Shown here piece by piece: positions 1 through 10,830 of a stretch of DNA of 64,000 nt. Source of the stretch: Vicugna vicugna (taxonomy: Eukaryota); NCBI GenBank assembly GCA_013265495.1, contig MU058065.1, forward strand, positions 2,767,003-2,831,002, given 5' to 3'. The number at the start of each line of letters is the position of its first letter. The first letter of the stretch is position 1. The position numbers and the translations under genes were made by a program. The notes under the pieces are model-generated. The model saw only the letters and a program-made list of their open reading frames with translations. It searched no databases and had not been told where the DNA came from.

Positions 1-289
1 CAAGTGTATCAAATCTACAACATCTTTTGCATTTAATTTCAAAATGACAGTATTTCACTAAATTCCCAGTATAATTTAATCCTTCCCTGCATCTAGGTAA
101 TCCATACCTAATTACAAGTAATCAAGGACAAATTGATTATGGGCTTTCTATAGGAATGAGGACAGATAGATAGGTATCAAGGACATACAGAATGCTTTCC
201 TGAAGATATTGAGATAAACATGTTGTTTAATGTTTCTCAGTAACTTTGGCATCATGGCACATTTGAAAAGACTTTTTTCCCCTTGGCAA

Positions 290-570
290 CCATAAATTCC
301 ACCTTGTTACAATTAATGTTATTTTCTTCTCTTTTGGGTAGAGATGAAAACAGCTGGTCACCACGTGAAAATACTTCATCTATTTAAAGGCAAATGTTAT
401 CTCTGAGCTTTCTCTTTTTCCAGCCAAATTATGTCTAGTCATTTTTCTTCTTTGGTTCTAGTTCCAACCCTTTTATCATTTCTGTTTTTCTTTTTTGGCA
501 CACTATAAATTTTCCACAGCTCTAAAACTACACAGATTGAAATGAGATTTCATATTCCAATAAGACCTTA
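290..570 (-). mobile_element. L3/CR1 LINE 3' fragment (highly diverged)
   Basis: Reverse complement resembles CR1 3' RT blocks (aggtcttattggaatat...ctgtgtagttt; ...gctggaaaaagagaaagct...gcctttaaatagatgaag). Boundaries approximate. Confidence 0.45.
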
Positions 571-659
571 ATGATAAATATAATCATAAATATCACTTTG
601 GTTATATAATTCTGATTATTAAATATACTCTTTCAAATGCACAAATTATTTTTAAAATG

Positions 660-1445
660 TATTGACCAAATATAGCTAAAAGTGAATAGATAAATTAAGA
701 CAGAATTCTAAAAAAATTCAAATAATATAAAAGTCAGAAAAAGAGAAACAGGAGAATAAAAGACAGAAGTAATGATTGAAAACAAATAATAAGCCACCTG
801 AAAATAATAAAATAAGAGAAAATAAGGTCTAAATCCAGGTAGAGACATTCGAAATGAATTATAAAGCAAGACTTAACTAGATACTATCTATAAGAGAGAT
901 TCTTTAAATACAAGGATGCAGGTAGGTTGAATAAATGGAGAAAGACCATATATAGTCTATTCTATATATGCTATGTAGCATGCAAACAAAAAGCATAAGA
1001 AGGCTGGAGGGGCTACTCTAAATCAGATGAAAGTCTTCAAGGCAAACATGCACGATACAAAGAGGAATATTTCATAAAAATAAAAAGGCAAATTCTTCTC
1101 AAGACTTAAACTAAAAATAACCGTATTGTATGTGAATCAAAAACTGACAAATTAAAGAGATAAGTAGAGAATTCTGTGACTATAATAGGAGATTTTAACA
1201 TCCACTACTCAGCAGTTTATAGAATTAACAGACAAAAAAGCCTGTAAAAATAGAAACAGTTTAAACAGCGCTATCAAATATCCTGACCATATTGATATTT
1301 ACAGAACAATGTACTTAACAAAAGCAGAATACACATCCTTTGTACACTCATAAGTGTAGATCATATGTTGGACTATAAAATCTGTCTTAATAAATTTAAA
1401 AGAATTGAAATCAGGTAGAGATTATTCTCTCGCAATAAAATTAAC
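660..1445 (+). mobile_element. Old L1 (L1M) inter-ORF/ORF2 endonuclease fragment
   Basis: 1179-1199 translates to TIIGDFN and 1356 onward to VDHMLDYKICLNKFKRIEI, matching L1 EN motifs (IVGDFN; IDHILG..LNKFKKIEI); frameshifts and stops throughout. Confidence 0.9.
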
Positions 1446-1689
1446 ATGCATAGACATCATCTTTCAGAGATTTTATCATTCACATTTTCCCACTTTTATT
1501 AACACAGTTTATACTTTCCTCTGGGCACAACTATCCTGCCTATTTGAACATTTCTTCAATCAGTGAATCCAGGCTCATTTAGGCTTTCAGTTATCTTCTT
1601 ATGAGGTACTCCCTTCTATTTGGATGTTCTTTATAGATTAAAGAACACAACTTGCTTGATAATACATGCATTCACTGGCATAAAAGGGA

Positions 1690-2070
1690 TCACCAACAGC
1701 CTCTTATGGGCTTGCCTAATGCGCTTGTCCCTGAACACATCAAAACTCTCTGCAGCATTTGGTACATGGAAGCATTGTTTCTTTGAACACCCCCACCCCT
1801 GCCTTTCACAACACAGTGTTATCTATGGTCTCTAACCAACCTTCCTTCTCTACATCTTGCATCCCCACCTTCTCTTTCTCTCCTTGGAATTCTTCTCCCC
1901 ATGTACTTCCCCAAAAGGATCTCATCATCCCTGAACCTTCCACCTTATTTATGCAGATTATATTCATTTTTGCATTTAGTTCCAATCTCCTTCTTGAGCT
2001 TCAAGTTCATCATCTCCATGTGGCTGTGATGTGGTTTACACTCTACACTAAAATTACATTCCTAGATTTT
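1690..2070 (+). mobile_element. L2 LINE RT/3' fragment
   Basis: KLSAAFGT in ORF 1620-1835 corresponds to the L2 RT motif DLSAAFDT, followed by typical C/T-rich L2 sequence. Confidence 0.6.
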
Positions 2071-2879
2071 TCTTCATGAAGTTACCTGAAGATTCTTCTG
2101 AGCACTCAGGTTTCTGGGAAATCAGTCTCAGTCGTTATTGTCATTTCTTGCTTCATAAAGTTCAGGCACAGTCCCAGATCATCTGGCAGCCTTTCCAGTC
2201 ATCTCTCATAAGGCAGTGCTAGATGACATTTAAATGTTCTCTGACTCAGATCAGAGTTTTCATCAAATTGAGCTGCATTATTGTTTCCAGGCTACACACT
2301 CTTGAGGCAGAGTATTATTTAGGAAATCTGGATATCCCCAGTCTAGGTCCTACTTTCTGAGGTAAATCTTGCCTTCCACCCCAGAGTGCTGACAGATAGC
2401 AGCTCTAGACCCTCAACTCTGTGCAGGATCCATAAACTTTCAACTTCTTCCAAGTATGAGGAACAAAATCACTCATATTCTTCTTTCTTTGACCTCAAAA
2501 ACACTTAATCCCTCTATTTGTTCTTTCTCTGGGACAGTCAACATTATCTCTTCAATAAACTTGGGCTTTGTACAATAAAGGGCATGTAACAGTAACAGCA
2601 TTTGAACAGTATTTGATTTCTGTTGGTTAAAAAAAATTCTGAGGCAAGGAAATACTAGTTTCTTTGTTTGCTGGAACAGGAAAGTGACAAAAATACAGAG
2701 TGGGCACTTATGGATTAAAATCTCAGCAGATTATATAGTGTGCTTTCCTGATGACTTTTCCTGCCATAAGCATTTATAGACAATTCACTACGTGCCAGAA
2801 AGCATCTAATTTATTCATCACACCCCTCTTCAGTAACATAGACATAGCTTTACACTTTCTACATTTTCCCTTTTTTAAG

Positions 2880-3115
2880 CTAACATTTATTACAAATCTT
2901 CTATGTGTTAAACATTTTATAAGAAGTAACTAATTTCACGCTCTCAGAAACTGGTAGGGGAATGGCTACTATCATCCTTATTTTCCAGATGAGGACACTA
3001 AGGTTTAAAAAGACTAAGCCACATGCACAATCAGTAGCAGAGTTAGGATTTTAAATTCAAGGTGATTGACACCAACAACCTCTCCCTTAACTCTTAACCA
3101 CTATGCAATATTGCC
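2880..3115 (-). mobile_element. MIR SINE
   Basis: Reversed MIR core (ttattttccagatgaggacactaaggttt) and reversed 5' end (ctcttaaccactatgc). Confidence 0.85.
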
Positions 3116-3129
3116 CTTCTCCTGCATAT

Positions 3130-4470
3130 GTTACATATATTTCAATGCATGTCTGTAATTGACCTGAAAACAATTCCTTTTCCTGTTTTCCAGTTTCTGT
3201 TATTGATACTACAAATTCCAGGCTCTTGGAGCTCCCACTCTGAAATTCTCTTTGACTCCTCTTGCTCCATCAAGCGGTGGAGCCACATGTTAAGTCTTAT
3301 AAGTGCTACCTAGAAGATATCTCTTCAATTTTTCCTCTTTTCCGTTTTTTTTTATATTCTTATGTTATATTTATTCAAGTGCTCTAATATCTTCTAAATG
3401 CTTTCTTGGTTTCTCATCACTCCTTACTCTAGCTCATCCTACATTCTGGTGCAGAGGAATTCTCACTAAGACACGCATCCAATAACTACCCGATTGTCAA
3501 TTAAACTTGTTAGACATGTTTTCTTCTAGATACCAAGTCCTCTGCAATACTTCTGAGCCTGCCTCTCCATTCTGATCTCTTGCATTATCCTCCACCTACT
3601 TATCTCACGTCACAATGAATGTTGGCTATTAGCAATTTCCCGAGTGCAATTTTCAGTCCCTCTCCATTCTTTGCTTGTGTACATGCTGTTTCCTCTCTGT
3701 GAAATACGCAAGTATCCATTCTCTCTGCAAAGATCATATTAAATGCTTCCTTACCTACTTCAGAAAAAAAAAGAGATTACTAGTGTTCACCTATATCCAG
3801 TTCTCCTTTCTTTCCTGGACACACAGGAACAGTATACTTTCTATCCCTTTGCAGTTAAGCAGAGCCATATGACTGGTTCTAGCCAGTGAAATGTAAATGG
3901 GTGTGGCACACATCACTTTTAAATTGAGATGTATAAGACTCCGTGTGCCACCTCTTGTATCCCCTACTCCAGTGACCCTGGATGGTATATATCCTAAATG
4001 GCAAAGCCAAAAAATAGTGAAGTCTTCATCATCCTGAGTCCTTGAGTGACTGTGTGGAGTACAACTTCTCATCGACTCACACCGGGCATATAAGATGAAA
4101 GAGAAATGAACCTTTGTTTTGTTAAATTACCCTGTGTTCTTTTTAATTTTTTTAAACGATAACATAATTTAACCTATCCTTAATAACACAGCTTTCTAAA
4201 TTCTCCTTTTCCAAGTCTAATTTTTCTTTTCCTAAACCCAGAAAGTAATTTATAGTTTTCTCAGGACATGCCTTATTCCATGCATGATAGTTATTTGTTT
4301 AGTTAGCTAATCCTTTATATGAACAAGTCCTTATGGTCAAGGGACTGCCTCTTAATCACTTTTTTTATTAAATGCCTCTTATTTGAAAGGCACTAAGTAT
4401 GTGTCAGTGTTTCAGTGTCCATTATATAAATAGATATAATGAATAGATACACATTTAATAAATGCTTCTC
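3130..4470 (+). mobile_element. L2 3' region, interrupted by an MLT1 LTR
   Basis: Degenerate L2 3' sequence on both sides of the LTR, ending in the L2 terminus-like aataaatgcttctcaaatgaa. Confidence 0.6.
3772..4188 (+). mobile_element. MaLR solo LTR (MLT1I/J-like)
   Basis: MLT1 motifs gcagttaagcagagccatatgactggttctagccagtgaaatgtaa and gagaaatgaacctttgttttgttaa; ends aacctatccttaataaca. Confidence 0.8.
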
Positions 4471-4474
4471 AAAT

Positions 4475-4737
4475 GAAAATAATATGAAAAATTGTGCTGA
4501 ACACTGGAATTTGACACAACATTGTAAAATGATTATAAATCAATAAAAAATGTTAAAAAAAAACCTGAGCTAAATAATACTCAACATCTCTAGTATATGG
4601 AATAAAGTTATACCTCCTTACAAAAAAAAAAAAAAAGAGATGTAAGTCTAAATGTGCTTATGCCTGGTAGTATATTTGCAGTTTAAGTGAGACTAAAATA
4701 AAAATAATTGTAAAATAAAAAAAAGAAAATAATATGA
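4475..4737 (+). mobile_element. 5'-truncated young (camelid-type) L1 tip plus two polyadenylated extra segments, 13-bp TSD
   Basis: 4485-4563 is nearly identical to the 3' end of the L1 at 42231-42490; gaaaataatatga occurs at 4475-4487 and 4725-4737. Confidence 0.9.
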
Positions 4738-5689
4738 TATTTGGATTAAGAAAAAGAGGATCCATAATTTATTCAGGTAAAGTCATAATGTCAGCAGATT
4801 AAAAGAATCATTGCCTATTTCTTTTTCAGGCTATGATTTATATTCAACAAAACCAAAGGAATTACAGAAGTCTCACAATTTTAGATATAAAAAATTGACA
4901 TTTTAGATTTTGCATATTACCACCCATGGAACTCTACAATGTCAAAATCTTTCTTTTACTCTCTAGAATTTAACTAGTAATCCTCACTGTAATTATCATC
5001 TCAGGTGACATGTACATAATTTGACAGCAAAGACAGAATTAGACAATGAACAAGAGATAATAAAAGCAACCAAATAACTCTCTGGTTTGATTGAGATCCC
5101 TATGTGAGTAAAATGTATACGTGATGTTCTCTTAAATGGCTTAAGTGGGATTGATTGCATTCATTTCTGCCTTATTCCCAGAGTTAGGTGTACTGGGCAT
5201 GATTCAGGATAGAGTCCAATAGAATCTGTGACATGCCAGTTCAGTCACCCACTGTCATAGCTGCAAACATTCTTCTCTTTTGAATTGCTCAGAACTTACT
5301 TAGCTGTTAGTAGGAGGTCAATAAATGAATAAGTATATATTGAGAACTTGCTATGTCAATTCTGTACAGAAATATTGTCTCCAGGCAATTAAAAGGAATT
5401 GGTGAATTACTAGTCTTTGAAAAAAGGGGCATAAAGTATTGAAATGACCTGATAGGCAGTTTTCGAAGGAAAGAGAAAATTCTATTGAGAAAAATGGGAA
5501 CACAGTGTCTATAGAAGTTTGATTCGGATACATTTTCTGTAAAGAATAAAACTCTTCATACTGAAATGTCAATTTGATCTGTTATCCGAGGAATGAATTG
5601 GGAAGTTTAAGATATTAGGATAAGCCAAAGACTATAAATGACTAATTATAAAGTATATCTACAAAATTCTTTTTTAAAAAAAAGAAATA

Positions 5690-6250
5690 GTAGAAGAATG
5701 ATTAAATCAGTTCCTTGAGAATCAGGAAGCAGTTTTGTTCCACCCACTGACCAGCTGTGGGACACTGGGCCACTCAATTTATCTATTCTGGGTGTATCAA
5801 GTTCTCTGTTGAAAAGCACAGAAACCAATTCTGGAGTGTTTTAAGTAGGAACAAAAAGAAAAATTTAGTGAAAAGAAACTGGCTAGCTCTCAGAATCAAG
5901 AACAATGTTGATCCATAAGGATTCAAGAGGAAGAGGACTCGGGGCAGTTGCCAGGGTCACAGGAGCAGAAACTCAAATCTCTCTAGAACTTTGACATGGG
6001 AGGGCTTGGTCACAACCAGCTCCCATTTCCTTCACTCTGGAATGGAGAGTCTCTTTAGCCCCTCTTGGGTCTGGGTTTGAGCTGGTAGAGAGCCCATTTG
6101 ACATTCCTCTGGATCCTCTGGTTACCAGAGAAGGACAAAAGGGGAGCACTGGGCTCCCCAAAATCATATTGAGCCTGTTTTCTCATCTCCTTTAAAGCAA
6201 GGATTCTGGACTAGAAGAAATGTTGAATCCCTTAGAACTCTCATATTCTT
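5690..6250 (+). mobile_element. MIR (MIR3-like) split by an old MaLR LTR fragment (~5792-6166)
   Basis: MIR left part (ccactgaccagctgtgggacactgggc) and right part (gagcctgttttctcatct...ggactagaag) flank a reversed MLT1-type 3' end (tgtatcaagttctctgttgaaaagcacagaaacc). Confidence 0.5.
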
Positions 6251-7849
6251 TGCTTTTTTTTTTCCTTTAAAGACAAAAGTCCCATACATCTAAGATCTAT
6301 TTTAGAAGGTACATTAGTCAATGACAATTGAAAGAAATACCCAGGTTTGAAACTAAAAAGACCACATACTATATATACAGTAATTTGCCACTAGTTGTAT
6401 GATCATAAGTTCCTTAAGACTTTCAGAGATCACCTAAAATATGAATATCCTAAATAGATTGCTATGAAGCCCATTGCTCATCTAAGATTCTACGTCAGAT
6501 CTATATGACCTTAACCATAAACACGTGACCTCCTATAGGGTCGCCTAGAATAAACATTTTACATCCTAAGTTATTTTCTGTCTCTACCCCAGATTTTAAG
6601 CACTGTTATTTACATTATTAGTTCTATAAAATTAGATCACTTTTTCTAATAAAATGAGAAATTAGTTGGTTCTGTAGGTAAGAGCTGTTGATCCACATAA
6701 ACAGAGGCTTTAGATCCAAGTGATTTTTATGGGAACACAGCTCCAGATAGACCATACAGACTTGAGTGTGTGAGCACTAAAAATACCACTAAGTGCACAA
6801 GGACGGAGGCTTGATGTTTGGAGGTAAAACATCAGAATATACTCTGAGCCAAATAATACCATCTGTTCTACATCAAACAAACATAAAACATAGCACTTTG
6901 ATGTTCTTATGCTGTGTTCACTCACCTTTCCTCTTCAAACCATCTCACTTATAACGTTCCTTCCAGAAGCAGGGATTGTCCTCCCCTCAACTCTGCCAGG
7001 CCTATTTCAGGCACTGTCTCTCAGTGTGAAATTATCTGACTGCTTGTGTACACAAAGATCTGGTGCTGGGTTTGGAATTATCCTTACAAATAGTGCTTTA
7101 AACTTTCTGTATAAGGAATAAATGATATTCGCCACTTTTGTAACTATAAAATATATACTCGAAGGAAATTTGGAAAGTAACAATAGATCATCACCAGTAT
7201 TAAATACTATTTATAATATTTTAAAACATTTCTTCCTAGTAATGTGTGTGCATATGTGCGTATGGTGTGTAATATTTTCAAGTTGGATTATATAGAAAAT
7301 AATCTTTATGGTTTTAATGGCTGCATTCCTTCTGAGGAATTATTTACTAGTTTTTGAAGTGTTTTCACATGCATTCTCTTTATCTATCAAAGAAATGTCT
7401 CTATAGTCTTCTTTGGAAGCCTCTTCTTGGCAATATAAAGTTACTAAAATAAACATTATTCCTAAAACTTGAGCTGAATACATATTGAAATTAATAAAGC
7501 AGCATATTAAAATCTTCCCATACTCCTCAGTGAGTTTTGAAGTCTCTGCCTAGTGACTAAATGTCTTTTCTACTGATAAAATTTATGCTGAAGATGTGGC
7601 CAACTCTTACTATAAAAAGGAAAAAGGAAAACATGAGTATTTCTTGTAATTTCTTTAGACAGCTGATGTCGGATGATAAGCTGGCATTTTAAATGGATTT
7701 TATACAGTGATTTGAGTAGGACTAAAAGTGCTGGTATTTCTACCATTTCACATCAAGATTAAACTACATATGGACGCTTATGTAAGAGAGAAAAAGGAAA
7801 AAGAAGAATAATTTCTGAATGAGAGAATTAGGAGAAATGTGCACACGTG

Positions 7850-7868
7850 CACACACACACACACACAC
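7850..7868. repeat. (CA)n microsatellite
   Basis: (CA)9 read directly. Confidence 0.95.
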
Positions 7869-8409
7869 GGAACAAGAATTAACTCAACAAGACCTTGAGG
7901 GAATAAAGACTAACTGTCCAGCGGTGTACATGAAAGCCATGAGTGATATTAATGATAGTTTTACATTGACACAGACAAGCTATTAACATTTTACTGTAGA
8001 CATCTTTAAAGACTTCATGTTCTCCTCCTACTTCTGGGGAGGGTTGTTGTTTGCCTTATTTGGCTACAAGGATAAATGAGAGATTTGAGGACAACTCTGA
8101 GGAGGCAGTTGGAAAACGGGATTTTAGTGATGTTTTGTTTGGATTGTGTGCTGTAATTTTCTTCTCCCTTTGCTTCTCACCTAAACCATATCTTCAGTAA
8201 AGATCTACATTATAATTCAAAGCTTTTGGATTCCAGTTTTTCTTAGGGATGTACTGATGGACTAAAATTGATCCTGATGCAAGAGCCAATGTTCTCTGCT
8301 TATATACACTTTTTGAAATTTGGACGGTTGAGAATTTCCAGTAAATGTGTAATTTTGTCCCTTGGGAATGGTGCAGTAAAGTATAAATAGAAATCAAATG
8401 TAAAAATCA

Positions 8410-8615
8410 CTGAATGAGAAGTTAGAAAGTTGAAAGGCCAGTGTCTTTGTTTGGGCACATCACTTAAACTCTATTTCAGATTCATTATCTGTAAAATGGA
8501 GAAAATAATCTTTGCATCTTACTTTACCACGCTTTTTTGTGAATATTCAGCGGGAAAACACTTTTAATTGCTTTGTAGACTAGCGAGTGCCTCATAAGTA
8601 TTAAAGTTTATGATT
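8410..8615 (+). mobile_element. MIR SINE
   Basis: Core ttgggcacatcacttaaactct...attatctgtaaaatggagaaaataat. Confidence 0.75.
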
Positions 8616-8737
8616 GTTTATAATGAAGACTTTCTGTTGTTAGCATTTCCCAACTGATGTCCCTTTGCTTCTCTGATAGTCTATGACTAAGGTCTTCTTT
8701 AAAGTCTGATGCTCATAAATTGGACTGGAAATGTCTT

Positions 8738-8831
8738 GGCTAAATATCTTCTGCTGGCAACCCTCATCCACACTGTGTCCTTCTGCACCCTGCTCCATGC
8801 CCAGGGAGGTTGACCCAAGTGGGTTGTATCA
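8738..8831 (+). mobile_element. LTR33-like ERVL LTR 5' fragment
   Basis: ccttctgcaccctgctccatgcccagggaggttgacc matches the recalled LTR33 5' part. Confidence 0.5.
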
Positions 8832-10189
8832 AAAAAAAAAAAAAAGGATGGATTCCATTTGTTTATGGCCATATATGGAACATCTCCTTGAAATTTCCAG
8901 AAATAACTAGACAGAATGGTTTTGTTTTTAGGGATCTGGAATTTCTGAAAAAGTAGAAGAGGGTTAACACTATAAAAGTATCGCCTTTCCAAAGAGTTGG
9001 GAAAACACAGGTTTATAAACTTTGAAATTGCAAAGGAAAAATAATGAGAATGAAGAATAGTCATTATCCCCCACTACCAGTCTTCAGAAAGGAGGTGGGA
9101 AAACTGTTCCACAGTAGGTACTGAAATGGGCAGGACCCTCTTCAGAGTACAACATGGCAAAGAGAGAAGGCACGTTTTCTCCAGAACTTACTGGTGAATC
9201 AATTTTAGGCTTAGGATACCTTGCTCAGACTCACTCTCATGTCTGCTTTAAGGATGAATCTATTGCTATTTAATGTTTCCATTACATTTTCAAAGAGTAC
9301 AAAAATGTATCTTTTTTAAAAGGCCAAGGGTACACAGACTGTCTACAACACAATTATGAAAAGGACAAAATGGGAATGTTTTTAAAACTATAGCGAGAAA
9401 ATAAATGAACAAGGCTTTCAAATTGTTCCATTAAAACTCCAGGACATTATTTTCCCAGTTAACAGAAAAATAGAAGGCTGGTCACCGTCAGTCTCTCTCC
9501 TACCTGGTAAATGGGGTGATAACTGAAATGATGTTCCAACCACCAAAACAGGAGAGAGTCCCAACAAATAAACAGATGTCTTATAAAAAGGCAAGGTGAT
9601 TGAGAATGAGAGCAAGCATCATTTTCCATACTCAGAATTTAAAGCCAGTCCCTAAACTCATCATAAATGTTCTCAAAATACTTCAGTTTTTTTACTCATA
9701 TGCATTCCAACTTGCCTCACTTTACACAAATGTCTTGCATAATGCATTGTGCTCTAATCAGAGTTGACTCTGTGGTCACTACTTACTGCTGACTTCAGCC
9801 AAACATCCTTACCTCTAAGCCCATCTCAAAACTTACTCCAGAGAGAGGAACTCAGTGCCATAAATACCACTTTCAAGCACTGATACCTTAGCAGAAGACT
9901 GTATCTTCAGGAGTTCTCAATTCTATTGCCTCATCAAGCCCGGGCAATATTTTGCTCTACAAAATCACTGACATGTGTTAATGAAGGGACTGCAGCTCTA
10001 TGACTTTCTTTCTCTCCAATCCCTCCTCTCCACTGCTTTGCCCCCGCAGAAAACCACTTCTCTAAGTCAATAGCTTCTCACATTGTCCAAGGACATGAGA
10101 CTATAATACAACAGATAAATGCATTAGGTATTAGAGATTTTATAAAATGGGGAGAAATATCCAGAAAAGATGATGTTTTTGCTTTCCTA

Positions 10190-10400
10190 ATATATGCCAA
10201 GTATCATGGTACTCACCTGGCATGCATAATGTCATTTATTCTTAATCTTAACCTCATCAAGCGGGGATTTTTACCTCCATATTCCAAGCAAAGGAAACAA
10301 ATGCAGGAGGTTTGGGTAAACAGCCCAAAGCTCACATCTTGTAACTAAGCAACTAGAAATTGAGTCCAGGTCTATATTCTGAAACCTCTGTTTTTTGCAT
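10190..10400 (-). mobile_element. MIR SINE
   Basis: Reversed MIR core (ccatattccaagcaaaggaaacaaatgcagga...cccaaagctcacatcttgtaa). Confidence 0.7.
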
Positions 10401-10634
10401 GGAGCCCCAGGGTTGGTTTCCCAGAGACTTTGCTGTTGCTTCTGAAGATTCAAAAAAAAAAAAAATCAAATACTAGTTTCACATCAGAGACTATCCTTCT
10501 CTGATTCATTAAATTGTTCACTAAAAATGAAAATGTTTGGTTTTAATTTGTGTATGACTTTATAAAGCCTCAATTCAGTTTGGCTCATAATTCATTCTTT
10601 AAAAAATAATATTTTAATTTAGGATTCAATCTGT

Positions 10635-10830
10635 TGGTTGTAGTTTAAGAAACAAGGTGCCAGATCAAGAGTCAGACCTGGCTTCCAGATCTCAGTCTAT
10701 CCTGTGCAGATTGTATAATACTGGACACGTAACTAGCTTCTCTAAACCTTAGTTTTGTGTGTGAAAAATGGAGTTGGACTACATTAGAAGAATTTCCTGA
10801 AGCTGAATGACCCTAATTCATTCAATGTGT
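10635..10830 (+). mobile_element. MIR SINE
   Basis: gagtcagacctggcttccagatctcag...cttctctaaaccttagttt...tgaaaaatggag. Confidence 0.7.
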
